A stretch of DNA of 64,000 nucleotides, taken from assembly GCF_009914755.1 (NCBI RefSeq), contig NC_060948.1; one strand, 5' to 3'. Made by a program: the position numbers and the translations under genes. The notes under the pieces are model-generated. The model saw only the letters and a program-made list of their open reading frames with translations. It did no database searches and was not told where the DNA came from. This document shows positions 40,901 to 54,180 of this stretch, piece after piece. The stretch comes from the human T2T-CHM13v2.0 reference genome, Homo sapiens. The number at the start of each line of letters is the position of its first letter. Position 1 is the first letter of the stretch.

Positions 40901-43900
40901 GAATTGAATGGAATCGTATGGAATGGCATCAAACGGAATGGAATGGACAGCCACGGAATGGAATGCACTCGAATGCAATGGAGTCGAAACTAATGGACTG
41001 GAATAGAATGGACTCGACTGGTACGGACTCCAATGGAATGGAATCGAATGGAAGGGAATCGAACGGAATGGACTCGAAGGGAAAAGACTGCAATGGAAAG
41101 GTCTCGAATGGAATGGAAATTAATGGAATGGAATGGAATCGAATGAAATGGAGTCAAAAGGAATGGAATCGAATGGCAAGAAATCGAATGTAATGGAATC
41201 GCCAGGAATTGATGTGAACGGAACGGAATGGAATGGAATCCAAAGGAATAGAATAGAATGGAATGGAATCGAATGGAAAGGACTCGAATGGAAATCACTC
41301 GAATAGAATGCAATTTAATAAAATAGGATCAAATGTAATGGAATGGAATGGAAAGGAATCGAAACGAAAGGAATGGAGACAGATGGAATGGAATGGAACA
41401 GAGACCAATGGTATAGAATGGAATGGAATCATCTGGAATGGAATTGAATGGAATGGAATAATATGAAATGGAATGGAATGGAATGCCCTTGAATTAAATG
41501 GACTGGACTCGAACAGAGTGGAATGGAAAGTGTTGAGATAGAATGGAATGGACTCCTTTGGAATGGTCTAGTATGCAATGCAATCGACTGGCAGGGAATC
41601 AAAAGGAATGTAATCGAATGGATTGGACTGGAATGCAATGGACTCGAATAGATTGGAAACGGAATGCAAAGGAATGGAATGGAATAGTATGGAATGGAAT
41701 GGAAAGGAATGGAGTGGAATAGACTAGAGTGGAATGGAATGGACTGGAAAGCAATGGACTGGAATGGAACATTCTTGAATGGAGTGGAATCAAACGGAAT
41801 GGAATGCAATGCAATCAAATGGCATGGAATAAAATAGAATGAAAGAGAATCAAATGGAATTGAATCGAATGGAATCGAATGGATTGGAAAGGAATAGAAT
41901 GGAATGGAATGGAATTGACTCAAATGGAATGGACTAGAATGGAATGGATTCGAATGGAAGGCAAAGGAATGGAATCTATTGGAATGGACTGTAATGGAAT
42001 GGAATGGAAAGGATTGGAATGGACTCGAATGGAATGGACTGCAATAGAAAGGATTCGAATGGAATGAAAAAGAATTGAATGGAATAGAACAGAATGGAAT
42101 CAAATCGAATGAAATGGAATGGAATAGAAAGGAATGGAATGAAATGGAATGGAAAGGATTCGAATGGAATGTAATCGAATGGAATGGAATCGAACGGAAT
42201 GGAATAAAATGGAAGAAAACTGGCAAGAAATGGAATCGAAATGAATGGAGTGTTATGGAACGGACTCAAAAGGAATTGAATGTAATAGAATGGAGTGGAG
42301 TGGACTCGAATATAATGGACTGGAATGGAATGAAATCACATGGAATGGGAACGAATGGAATGGAATGGAAAGGAATGGAATCGAATGGAAAGGAATCGAA
42401 TGGAAGGGAATGAAACTGAATCAACAGGAATGGAAGGGAATAGAATAGACGGTAATGGAATGGACTCGAATAGAATGGACACGAATGCTCAAATTGAATG
42501 GACTCGAATGGAATGGAAACGAAAGGAATGTCATCGAATGGAATTGAATCGATTGGAATGAAATCGCATAGAATGGAGTGGAATCAAATGGAATTGAATC
42601 GAAAGGAAAGGAAGCGAATGGACTGAAATGAAATGGAATGGAATTGAATGGAAAGTAATGCAATGGAATAGAATGGAACGAAATTTCACGGAATGGAATC
42701 AAACTGAATGGAATCAAATCAATGGAATCAAATCAAATGGAATGGAAAGGAATTGAATGGAGTAGATGGGATTGGATGGGATTGGAATGAAATGTACTGG
42801 AAAGGACACGAATTTCATGAAACGGAATGGAATGAATTGGAACGGAATGGACTCGAATGGAATGGAATGTCATCAAATGGAATGGCATCAAATGGAATGG
42901 AATCGAATGCAATGGAATGCTATGGAATGGAATGGAATGCATTGGAATGGAATGTCCTCTAATGGAATGGATTCGAGTGGAATGGAATCGAATATAATGG
43001 AGTCGAATGAAATGGAATTGAAAGGAATGGGATCGAATACAATGGAATATACTGGAATGTAACGTAATGAACTCGAATGTAATTGACTGGAATGGAATGT
43101 ACATGAATGGAATGTAATCGAATGGAAAGTAATCCAATGGAATAGAATCTAATGCAATAAAATCGACTCAGATAGAGTAGAATGTAATGGAATGGAGTGC
43201 AGTGCAATGAAATGGAATGGAATGGAATGCAATGGAATGGAATGGGATGGAATGGTATGGAATGGATAGTAATGGACTGGAGTGAAATGGACTGGAAAGG
43301 AATGGACTCAAATTGAAAGGGCTCGAAAGGAATGGAGACAAATGGAATGGTCTGGAATGGAATGAACACGAATGTAATGCAATCCAATAGAATGGAGTCG
43401 AATGGCATGGAATATAAAGAAATGGAATCGAAGAGAATGGAAACAAATGGAATGGAATTGAATGGAATGGAATTGAATGGAATGGGAACGAATGGAGTGA
43501 AATTGTATGCAGTAGAAGAGAATAGAATGGAATGCAAGCGAAAGGAAAGGAATGGATTGGAATGGAATGGAATTCATTGGAATGGAAGGGAATGTAGTGT
43601 AATGGACAGGCCTGGAATAAAGTGGAATGCTACGGTCTCGAATGGAATAAAAATGTATGGAATGGAATGCAATGAAACGGAATCGAATGTCATAGAATGT
43701 AATGGAATGCAAAAAAATGGAATCCAAAATCATTGACTGGAAAGGCTGGGTGTCGAAAGGAATTGACTCCAATGGAATGGAATCGAATGGAATGGAAGTG
43801 AATAGAATCGAACTAAATCGAATGGAATGGAATTGATAGGAACGGAATGGAAAGGAATGCAATGATTTGGCATGGAATGGAATCGAATGGCATCGAATGG

Positions 43901-46900
43901 AATGGAATGCAATGCAATGGAATGGAATGTATTAGAATATAATGAACTTTAATGGAATGTACTCGAATGGATTCGACTGGAATGGAATGTTCTGGAAGTG
44001 AATGGACTCCAATGGAATGGATTCAAAAGGAATGGAATCGTACGGAATGGAATCTAATGGAATGGAATTAAATGAAAATGAATCAAATTGAATAGCACGG
44101 AATTGAATTGAATGGAATCGAATGAAATGGAATCTAATGAAACGGAAAGGAAAGGCATGGAATGGAATGGAATGGGCTGGAATGGAAAGGAATCGAAACG
44201 AATGGAATGGAATCGAACTGAAGAGACTGGAATGGAATGCACTGGAATGGAAGGGAGTGTAATGGAAGGTTCTCGAAAAAAATGGAATCGAATGGAATGG
44301 AATTGAATGGAACGGAATAGAGTCGAATGGAATTGAATGGAATGGAATGGACTAGAGTGAAATGGAATCGAACCACAAGGAATGGACAGGAATAGAATGG
44401 TCTCGAATTGAATGGAATCGTATGGAATGGCATCAAACGGAATGGAATGGACAGCCACGGAATGGAATGCACTCGAATGCAATGGAGTCGAAACTAATGG
44501 ACTGGAATAGAATGGACTCGACTGGTACGGACTCCAATGGAATGGAATCGAATGGAAGGGAATCGAACGGAATGGACTCGAAGGGAAAAGACTGCAATGG
44601 AAAGGTCTCGAATGGAATGGAAATTAATGGAATGGAATGGAATCGAATGAAATGGAGTCAAAAGGAATGGAATCGAATGGCAAGAAATCGAATGTAATGG
44701 AATCGCCAGGAATTGATGTGAACGGAACGGAATGGAATGGAATCCAAAGGAATAGAATAGAATGGAATGGAATCGAATGGAAAGGACTCGAATGGAAATC
44801 ACTCGAATAGAATGCAATTTAATAAAATAGGATCAAATGTAATGGAATGGAATGGAAAGGAATCGAAACGAAAGGAATGGAGACAGATGGAATGGAATGG
44901 AACAGAGACCAATGGTATAGAATGGAATGGAATCATCTGGAATGGAATTGAATGGAATGGAATAATATGAAATGGAATGGAATGGAATGCCCTTGAATTA
45001 AATGGACTGGACTCGAACAGAGTGGAATGGAAAGTGTTGAGATAGAATGGAATGGACTCCTTTGGAATGGTCTAGTATGCAATGCAATCGACTGGCAGGG
45101 AATCAAAAGGAATGTAATCGAATGGATTGGACTGGAATGCAATGGACTCGAATAGATTGGAAACGGAATGCAAAGGAATGGAATGGAATAGTATGGAATG
45201 GAATGGAAAGGAATGGAGTGGAATAGACTAGAGTGGAATGGAATGGACTGGAAAGCAATGGACTGGAATGGAACATTCTTGAATGGAGTGGAATCAAACG
45301 GAATGGAATGCAATGCAATCAAATGGCATGGAATAAAATAGAATGAAAGAGAATCAAATGGAATTGAATCGAATGGAATCGAATGGATTGGAAAGGAATA
45401 GAATGGAATGGAATGGAATTGACTCAAATGGAATGGACTAGAATGGAATGGATTCGAATGGAAGGCAAAGGAATGGAATCTATTGGAATGGACTGTAATG
45501 GAATGGAATGGAAAGGATTGGAATGGACTCGAATGGAATGGACTGCAATAGAAAGGATTCGAATGGAATGAAAAAGAATTGAATGGAATAGAACAGAATG
45601 GAATCAAATCGAATGAAATGGAATGGAATAGAAAGGAATGGAATGAAATGGAATGGAAAGGATTCGAATGGAATGTAATCGAATGGAATGGAATCGAACG
45701 GAATGGAATAAAATGGAAGAAAACTGGCAAGAAATGGAATCGAAATGAATGGAGTGTTATGGAACGGACTCAAAAGGAATTGAATGTAATAGAATGGAGT
45801 GGAGTGGACTCGAATATAATGGACTGGAATGGAATGAAATCACATGGAATGGGAACGAATGGAATGGAATGGAAAGGAATGGAATCGAATGGAAAGGAAT
45901 CGAATGGAAGGGAATGAAACTGAATCAACAGGAATGGAAGGGAATAGAATAGACGGTAATGGAATGGACTCGAATAGAATGGACACGAATGCTCAAATTG
46001 AATGGACTCGAATGGAATGGAAACGAAAGGAATGTCATCGAATGGAATTGAATCGATTGGAATGAAATCGCATAGAATGGAGTGGAATCAAATGGAATTG
46101 AATCGAAAGGAAAGGAAGCGAATGGACTGAAATGAAATGGAATGGAATTGAATGGAAAGTAATGCAATGGAATAGAATGGAACGAAATTTCACGGAATGG
46201 AATCAAACTGAATGGAATCAAATCAATGGAATCAAATCAAATGGAATGGAAAGGAATTGAATGGAGTAGATGGGATTGGATGGGATTGGAATGAAATGTA
46301 CTGGAAAGGACTCGAATTTCATGAAACGGAATGGAATGAATTGGAACGGAATGGACTCGAATGGAATGGAATGTCATCAAATGGAATGGCATCAAATGGA
46401 ATGGAATCGAATGCAATGGAATGCTATGGAATGGAATGGAATGCATTGGAATGGAATGTCCTCTAATGGAATGGATTCGAGTGGAATGGAATCGAATATA
46501 ATGGAGTCGAATGAAATGGAATTGAAAGGAATGGGATCGAATACAATGGAATATACTGGAATGTAACGTAATGAACTCGAATGTAATTGACTGGAATGGA
46601 ATGTACATGAATGGAATGTAATCGAATGGAAAGTAATCCAATGGAATAGAATCTAATGCAATAAAATCGACTCAGATAGAGTAGAATGTAATGGAATGGA
46701 GTGCAGTGCAATGAAATGGAATGGAATGGAATGCAATGGAATGGAATGGGATGGAATGGTATGGAATGGATAGTAATGGACTGGAGTGAAATGGACTGGA
46801 AAGGAATGGACTCAAATTGAAAGGGCTCGAAAGGAATGGAGACAAATGGAATGGTCTGGAATGGAATGAACACGAATGTAATGCAATCCAATAGAATGGA

Positions 46901-49900
46901 GTCGAATGGCATGGAATATAAAGAAATGGAATCGAAGAGAATGGAAACAAATGGAATGGAATTGAATGGAATGGAATTGAATGGAATGGGAACGAATGGA
47001 GTGAAATTGTATGCAGTAGAAGAGAATAGAATGGAATGCAAGCGAAAGGAAAGGAATGGATTGGAATGGAATGGAATTCATTGGAATGGAAGGGAATGTA
47101 GTGTAATGGACAGGCCTGGAATAAAGTGGAATGCTACGGTCTCGAATGGAATAAAAATGTATGGAATGGAATGCAATGAAACGGAATCGAATGTCATAGA
47201 ATGTAATGGAATGCAAAAAAATGGAATCCAAAATCATTGAATGGAAAGGCTGGGTGTCGAAAGGAATTGACTCCAATGGAATGGAATCGAATGGAATGGA
47301 AGTGAATAGAATCGAACTAAATCGAATGGAATGGAATTGATAGGAACGGAATGGAAAGGATTGCAATGATTTGGCATGGAATGGAATCGAATGGCATCGA
47401 ATGGAATGGAATGGAATGCAATGGAATGGAATGTATTAGAATGTAATGAACTTTAATGGAATGTACTCGAATGGATTCGACTGGAATGGAATGTTCTGGA
47501 AGTGAATGGACTCCAATGGAATGGATTCAAAAGGAATGGAATCGTACGGAATGGAATCTAATGGAATGGAATTAAATGGAAATGAATCAAATTGAATAGC
47601 ACGGAATTGAATTGAATGGAATGGAATGCAATGGAATCTAATGAAACGGAAAGGAAAGGAATGGAATGGAATGGAATGGGCTGGAATGGAAAGGAATCGA
47701 AACGAATGGAATGGAATCGAACTGAAGAGACTGGAATGGAATGCACTGGAATGGAAGGGAGTGTAATGGAAGGTTCTCGAAAAAAAATGGAATCGACTGG
47801 AATGCAATTGAATGGAACGGAATAGAGTCGAATGGAATTGAATGGAATGGAATGGACTAGAGTGAAATGGAATCGAACCACAAGGAATGGACAGGAATAG
47901 AATGGTCTCGAATTGAATGGAATCGTATGGAATGGCATCAAACGGAATGGAATGGACAGCCACGGAATGGAATGCACTCGAATGCAATGGAGTCGAAACT
48001 AATGGACTGGAATAGAATGGACTCGACTGGTAAGGACTCCAATGGAATGGAATCGAATGGAAGGGAATCGAACGGAATGGACTAGAAGGGAAAAGACTGC
48101 AATGGAAAGGTCTCGAATGGAATGGAAATTAATGGAATGGAATGGAATCGAATGAAATGGAGTCAAAAGGAATGGAATCGAATGGCAAGAAATCGAATGT
48201 AATGGAATCGCAAGGAATTGATGTGAACGGAACGGAATGGAATGGAATCCAAAGGAATGGAATAGAATGGAATGGAATCGAATGGAAAGGACTCGAATGG
48301 AAATCACTCGAATAGAATGCAATTTAATAAAATAGGATCAAATGTAATAGAATGGAATGGAAAGGAATCGAAACGGAAGGAATGGAGACAGATAGAATGG
48401 AATGGAACAGAGAGCAATGGTATAGAATGGAATGGAATCATCTGGAATGGAATTGAATGGAATGGAATGATATGAAATGGAATGGAATGGAATGGAATGG
48501 AATGGAATGCCCTTGAATTAAATGGACTGGACTCGAACAGAGTGGAATGGAAAGTGTTGAGATAGAATGGAATGGACTCCTTTGGAATGGTGTAGTATGC
48601 AATGCAATCGACTGGCAGGGAATCAAAAGGAATGTAATCGAATGGATTGGACTGGAATGCAATGGAATCGAATAGATTGGAAACGGAATGCAAAGGAATG
48701 GAATGGAATAGTATGGAATGCAATGGAAGGGAATGGAGTGGAATAGACTAGAGTGGAATGGAATGGACTGGAAAGCAATGGACTGGAAAGGAACTTTCTT
48801 GGATGGACTGGAATCAAACGGAATGGAATGCAATGCAATCAAATGGCATGGAATAAAATAGAATGAAAGAGAATCAAATGGAATTGAATCGAATGGAATC
48901 GAATGGATTGGAAAGGAATAGAATGGAATGGAATGGAATTGACTCAAATGGAATGGACTAGAATGGAATGGATTCGAATGGAAGGCAAAGGAATGGAATC
49001 TATTGGAATGGACTGTAATGGAATGGAATGGAAGGGATTGGAATGGACTCGAATGGAATGGACTGCAATAGAAAGGACTCGAATGGAATGAAAAAGAATT
49101 GAATGGAATAGAACAGAATGGAATCAAATCGAATGAAATGCAATGGAATAGAAAGGAATGGAATGAAATGGAATGGAAAGGATTCGAATGGAATGCAATC
49201 GAATGGAATGGAATCGAACGGAATGGAATAAAATGGAAGAAAACTGGCAAGAAATGGAATCGAAATGAATGGAGTGTTATGGAACGGAGTCAAAAGGAAT
49301 TGAATGTAATAGAATGGAGTGGAGTGGACTCGAATATAATGGACTGGAATGGAATGAAATCACATGGAATGGGAACGAATGGAATGGAATGGAAAGGAAT
49401 GGAATCGAATGGAAAGGAATCGAATGGAAGGGAATGAAATTGAATCAACAGGAATGGAAGGGAATAGAATAGACGGTAATGGAATGGACTCGAATAGAAT
49501 GGACACGAATGCTCAAATTGAATGGACTCGAATGGAATGGAAACGAAAGGAATGTCATCAAATGGAATTGAATCGATTGGAATGAAATCGCATAGAATGG
49601 AGTGGAATCAAATGGAACTGAATCGAAAGGAAAGAAGCGAATGGACTGAAATGAAATGGAATGGAATTGAATGGAAAGTAATGCAATGGAATAGAATGGA
49701 ACGAAATTTCACGGAATGGAATCAAACTGAATGGAATCAAATCAATGGAATCAAATCAAATGGAATGGAAAGGAATTGAATGGAGTAGATGGGATTGGAT
49801 GGGATTGGAATGAAATGTACTGGAAAGGACTCGAATTTCATGAAACGGAATGGAATGAATTGGAACGGAATGGACTCGAATGGAATGGAATGTCATGGAA

Positions 49901-52900
49901 TGGCATCAAATGGAATGGCATCAAATGGAATGGAATCGAATGCAATGGAATGCTATGGAATGGAATGGAATGCATTGGAATGGAATGTCCTCTAATGGAA
50001 TGGATTCGAGTGGAATGGAATCGAATATAATGGAGTCGAATGAAATGGAATTGAAAGGAATGGGATCGAATACAATGGAATATACTGGAATGTAACGTAA
50101 TGAACTCGAATGTAATTGACTGGAATGGAATGTACATGAATGGAATGTAATCGAATGTAAAGTAATCCAAGGGAATAGAATCTAATGCAATAAAATCGAC
50201 TCAGATAGAGTAGAATGTAATGGAATGGAGTGCAGTGCAATGGAATGGAATGGAATGGAATGCAATGGAATGGAATGGGATGGAATGGTATGGAATGGAT
50301 AGTAATGGACTGGAGTGAAATGGACTGGAAAGGAATGGACTCAAATTGAAAGGGCTCGAAAGGAATGGAGACAAATGGAATGGTCTGGAATGGAATGAAC
50401 ACGAATGTAATGCAATCCAATAGAATGGAGTCGAATGGCATGGAATATAAAGAAATGGAATCGAAGAGAATGGAAACAAATGGAATGGAATTGAATGGAA
50501 TGGAATTGAATGGAATGGGAACGAATGGAGTGAAATTGTATGCAGTAGAAGAGAATAGAATGGAATGCAAGCGAAAGGAAAGGAATGGATTGGAATGGAA
50601 TGGAATTCATTGGAATGGAAGGGAATGTAGTGTAATGGACAGGCCTGGAATAAAGTGGAATGCTACGGTCTCGAATGGAATAAAAATGTATGGAATGGAA
50701 TGCAATGAAACGGAATCGAATGTCATAGAATGTAATGGAATGCAAAAAAATGGAATCCAAAATCATTGAATGGAAAGGCTGGGTGTCGAAAGGAATTGAC
50801 TCCAATGGAATGGAATCGAATGGAATGGAAGTGAATAGAATCGAACTAAATCGAATGGAATGGAATTGATAGGAACGGAATGGAAAGGATTGCAATGATT
50901 TGGCATGGAATGGAATCGAATGGCATCGAATGGAATGGAATGGAATGCAATGGAATGGAATGTATTAGAATGTAATGAACTTTAATGGAATGTACTCGAA
51001 TGGATTCGACTGGAATGGAATGTTCCGGAAGTGAATGGACTCCAATGGAATGGATTCAAAAGGAATGGAATCGTACGGAATGGAATCTAATGGAATGGAA
51101 TTAAATGGAAATGAATCAAATTGAATAGCACGGAATTGAATTGAATGGAATGGAATGCAATGGAATCTAATGAAACGGAAAGGAAAGGAATGGAATGGAA
51201 TGGAATGGGCTGGAATGGAAAGGAATCGAAACGAATGGAATGGAATCGAACTGAAGAGACTGGAATGGAATGCACTGGAATGGAAGGGAGTGTAATGGAA
51301 GGTTCCCGAAAAAAATGGAATCGAATGGAATGCAATTGAATGGAACGGAATAGAGTCGAATGGAATTGAATGGAATGGAATGGACTAGAGTGAAATGGAA
51401 TCGAACCACAAGGAATGGACAGGAATAGAATGGTCTCGAATTGAATGGAATCGTATGGAATGGCATCAAACGGAATGGAATGGACAGCCACGGAATGGAA
51501 TGCACTCGAATGCAATGGAGTCGAAACTAATGGACTGGAATAGAATGGACTCGACTGGTACGGACTCCAATGGAATGGAATCGAATGGAAGGGAATCGTA
51601 CGGAATGGACTCGAAGGGAAAAGACTGCAATGGAAAGGTCTCGAATGGAATGGAAATTAATGGAATGGAATGGAATCGAATGAAATGGAGTCAAAAGGAA
51701 TGGAATCGAATGGCAAGAAATCGAATGTAATGGAATCGCAAGGAATTGATGTGAACGGAACGGAATGGAATGGAATCCAAAGGAATGGAATAGAATGGAA
51801 TGGAATCGAATGGAAAGGACTCGAATGGAAATCACTCGAATAGAATGCAATTTAATAAAATAGGATCAAATGTAATAGAATGGAATGGAAAGGAATCGAA
51901 ACGGAAGGAATGGAGACAGATGGAATGGAATGGAACAGAGAGTAATGGTATAGAATGGAATGGAATCATCTGGAATGGAATTGAATGGAATGGAATGATA
52001 TGAAATGGAATGGAATGGAATGGAATGGAATGCCCTTGAATTAAATGGACTGGACTCGAACAGAGTGGAATGGAAAGTGTTGAGATAGAATGGAATGGAC
52101 TCCTTTGGAATGGTGTAGTATGCAATGCAATCGACTGGCAGGGAATCAAAAGGAATGTAATCGAATGGTTTGGACTGGAATGCAATGGAATCGAATAGAT
52201 TGGAAACGGAATGCAAAGGAATGGAATGGAATAGTATGGAATGCAATGGAAGGGAATGGATTGGAATAGACTAGAGTGGAATGGAATGGACTGGAAAGCA
52301 ATGGACTGGAATGGAACTTTCTTGGATGGACTGGAATCAAATGGAATGGAATGCAATGCAATCAAATGGCATGGAATAAAATAGAATGAAAGAGAATCAA
52401 ATGGAATTGAATCGAATGGAATCGAATGGATTGGAAAGGAATAGAATGGAATGGAATGGAATTGACTCAAATGGAATGGACTAGAATGGAATGGATTCGA
52501 ATGGAAGGCAAAGGAATGGAATCTATTGGAATGGACTGTAATGGAATGGAATGGAAGGGATTGGAATGGACTCGAATGGAATGGACTGCAATAGAAAGGA
52601 CTCGAATGGAATGAAAAAGAATTGAATGGAATAGAACAGAATGGAATCAAATCGAATGAAATGGAATGGAATAGAAAGGAATGGAATGAAATGGAATGGA
52701 AAGGATTCGAATGGAATGCAATCGAATGGAATGGAATCGAACGGAATGGAATAAAATGGAAGAAAACTGGCAAGAAATGGAATCGAAATGAATGGAGTGT
52801 TATGGAACGGACTCAAAAGGAATTGAATGTAATAGAATGGAGTGGAGTGGACTCGAATATAATGGACTGGAATGGAATGAAATCACATGGAATGGGAACG

Positions 52901-54180
52901 AATGGAATGGAATGGAAAGGAATGGAATCGAATGGAAAGGAATCGAATGGAAGGGAATGAAATTGAATCAACAGGAATGGAAGGGAATAGAATAGACGGT
53001 AATGGAATGGACTCGAATAGAATGGACACGAAAGCTCAAATTGAATGGACTCGAATGGAATGGAAACGAAAGGAATGTCATCGAATGGAATTGAATCGAT
53101 TGGAATGAAATCGCATAGAATGGAGTGGAAACAAATGGAATTGAATCGAAAGGAAAGGAAGCGAATGGACTGAAATGAAATGGAATGGAATTGAATGGAA
53201 AGTAATGCAATGGAATAGAATGGAAAGAAATTTCACGGAATGGAATCAAACTGAATGGAATCAAATCAATGGAATCTAATCAAATGGAATGGAAAGGAAT
53301 TGAATGGAGTAGATTGGATTGGATGGGATTGGAATGAAATGTACTGGAAAGGACTCGAATTTCATGAAACGGAATGGAATGAATTGGAACGGAATGGACT
53401 CGAATGGAATGGAATGTCATGGAATGGCATCAAATGGAATGGCATCAAATGGAATGGAATCGAATGCAATGGAATGCTATGGAATGGAATGGAATGCATT
53501 GGAATGGAATGTCCTCTAATGGAATGGATTCGAGTGGAATGGAATTGAATATAATGGAGTCGAATGAAATGGAATTGAAAGGAATGGGATCGAATACAAT
53601 GGAATATACTGGAATGTAACGTAATGAACTCGAATGTAATTGACTGGAATGGAATGTACATGAATGGAATGTAATCGAATGCAAAGTAATCCAATGGAAT
53701 AGAATCTAATGCAATAAAATCGACTCAGATAGAGTAGAATGTAATGGAATGGAGTGCAGTGCAATGGAATGGAATGGAATGGAATGCAATGGAATGGAAT
53801 GGAATGGAATGGAATGGGATGGAATGGTATGGAATGGATAGTAATGGACTGGAGTGAAATGGACTGGAAAGGAATGGACTCAAATTGAAAGGGCTCGAAA
53901 GGAATGGGGACAAATGGAATGGTCTGGAATGGAATGAACACGAATGTAATGCAATCCAATAGAATGGAGTCGAATGGCATGGAATATAAAGAAATGGAAT
54001 CGAAGAGAATGGAAACAAATAGAATGGAATTGAATGGAATGGAATTGAATGGAATGGGAACGAATGGAGTGAAATTGTATGCAGTAGAAGAGAATAGAAT
54101 GGAATGCAAGCGAAAGGAAAGGAATGGATTGGAATGGAATGGAATTCATTGGAATGGAAGGGAATGTAGTGTAATGGACA

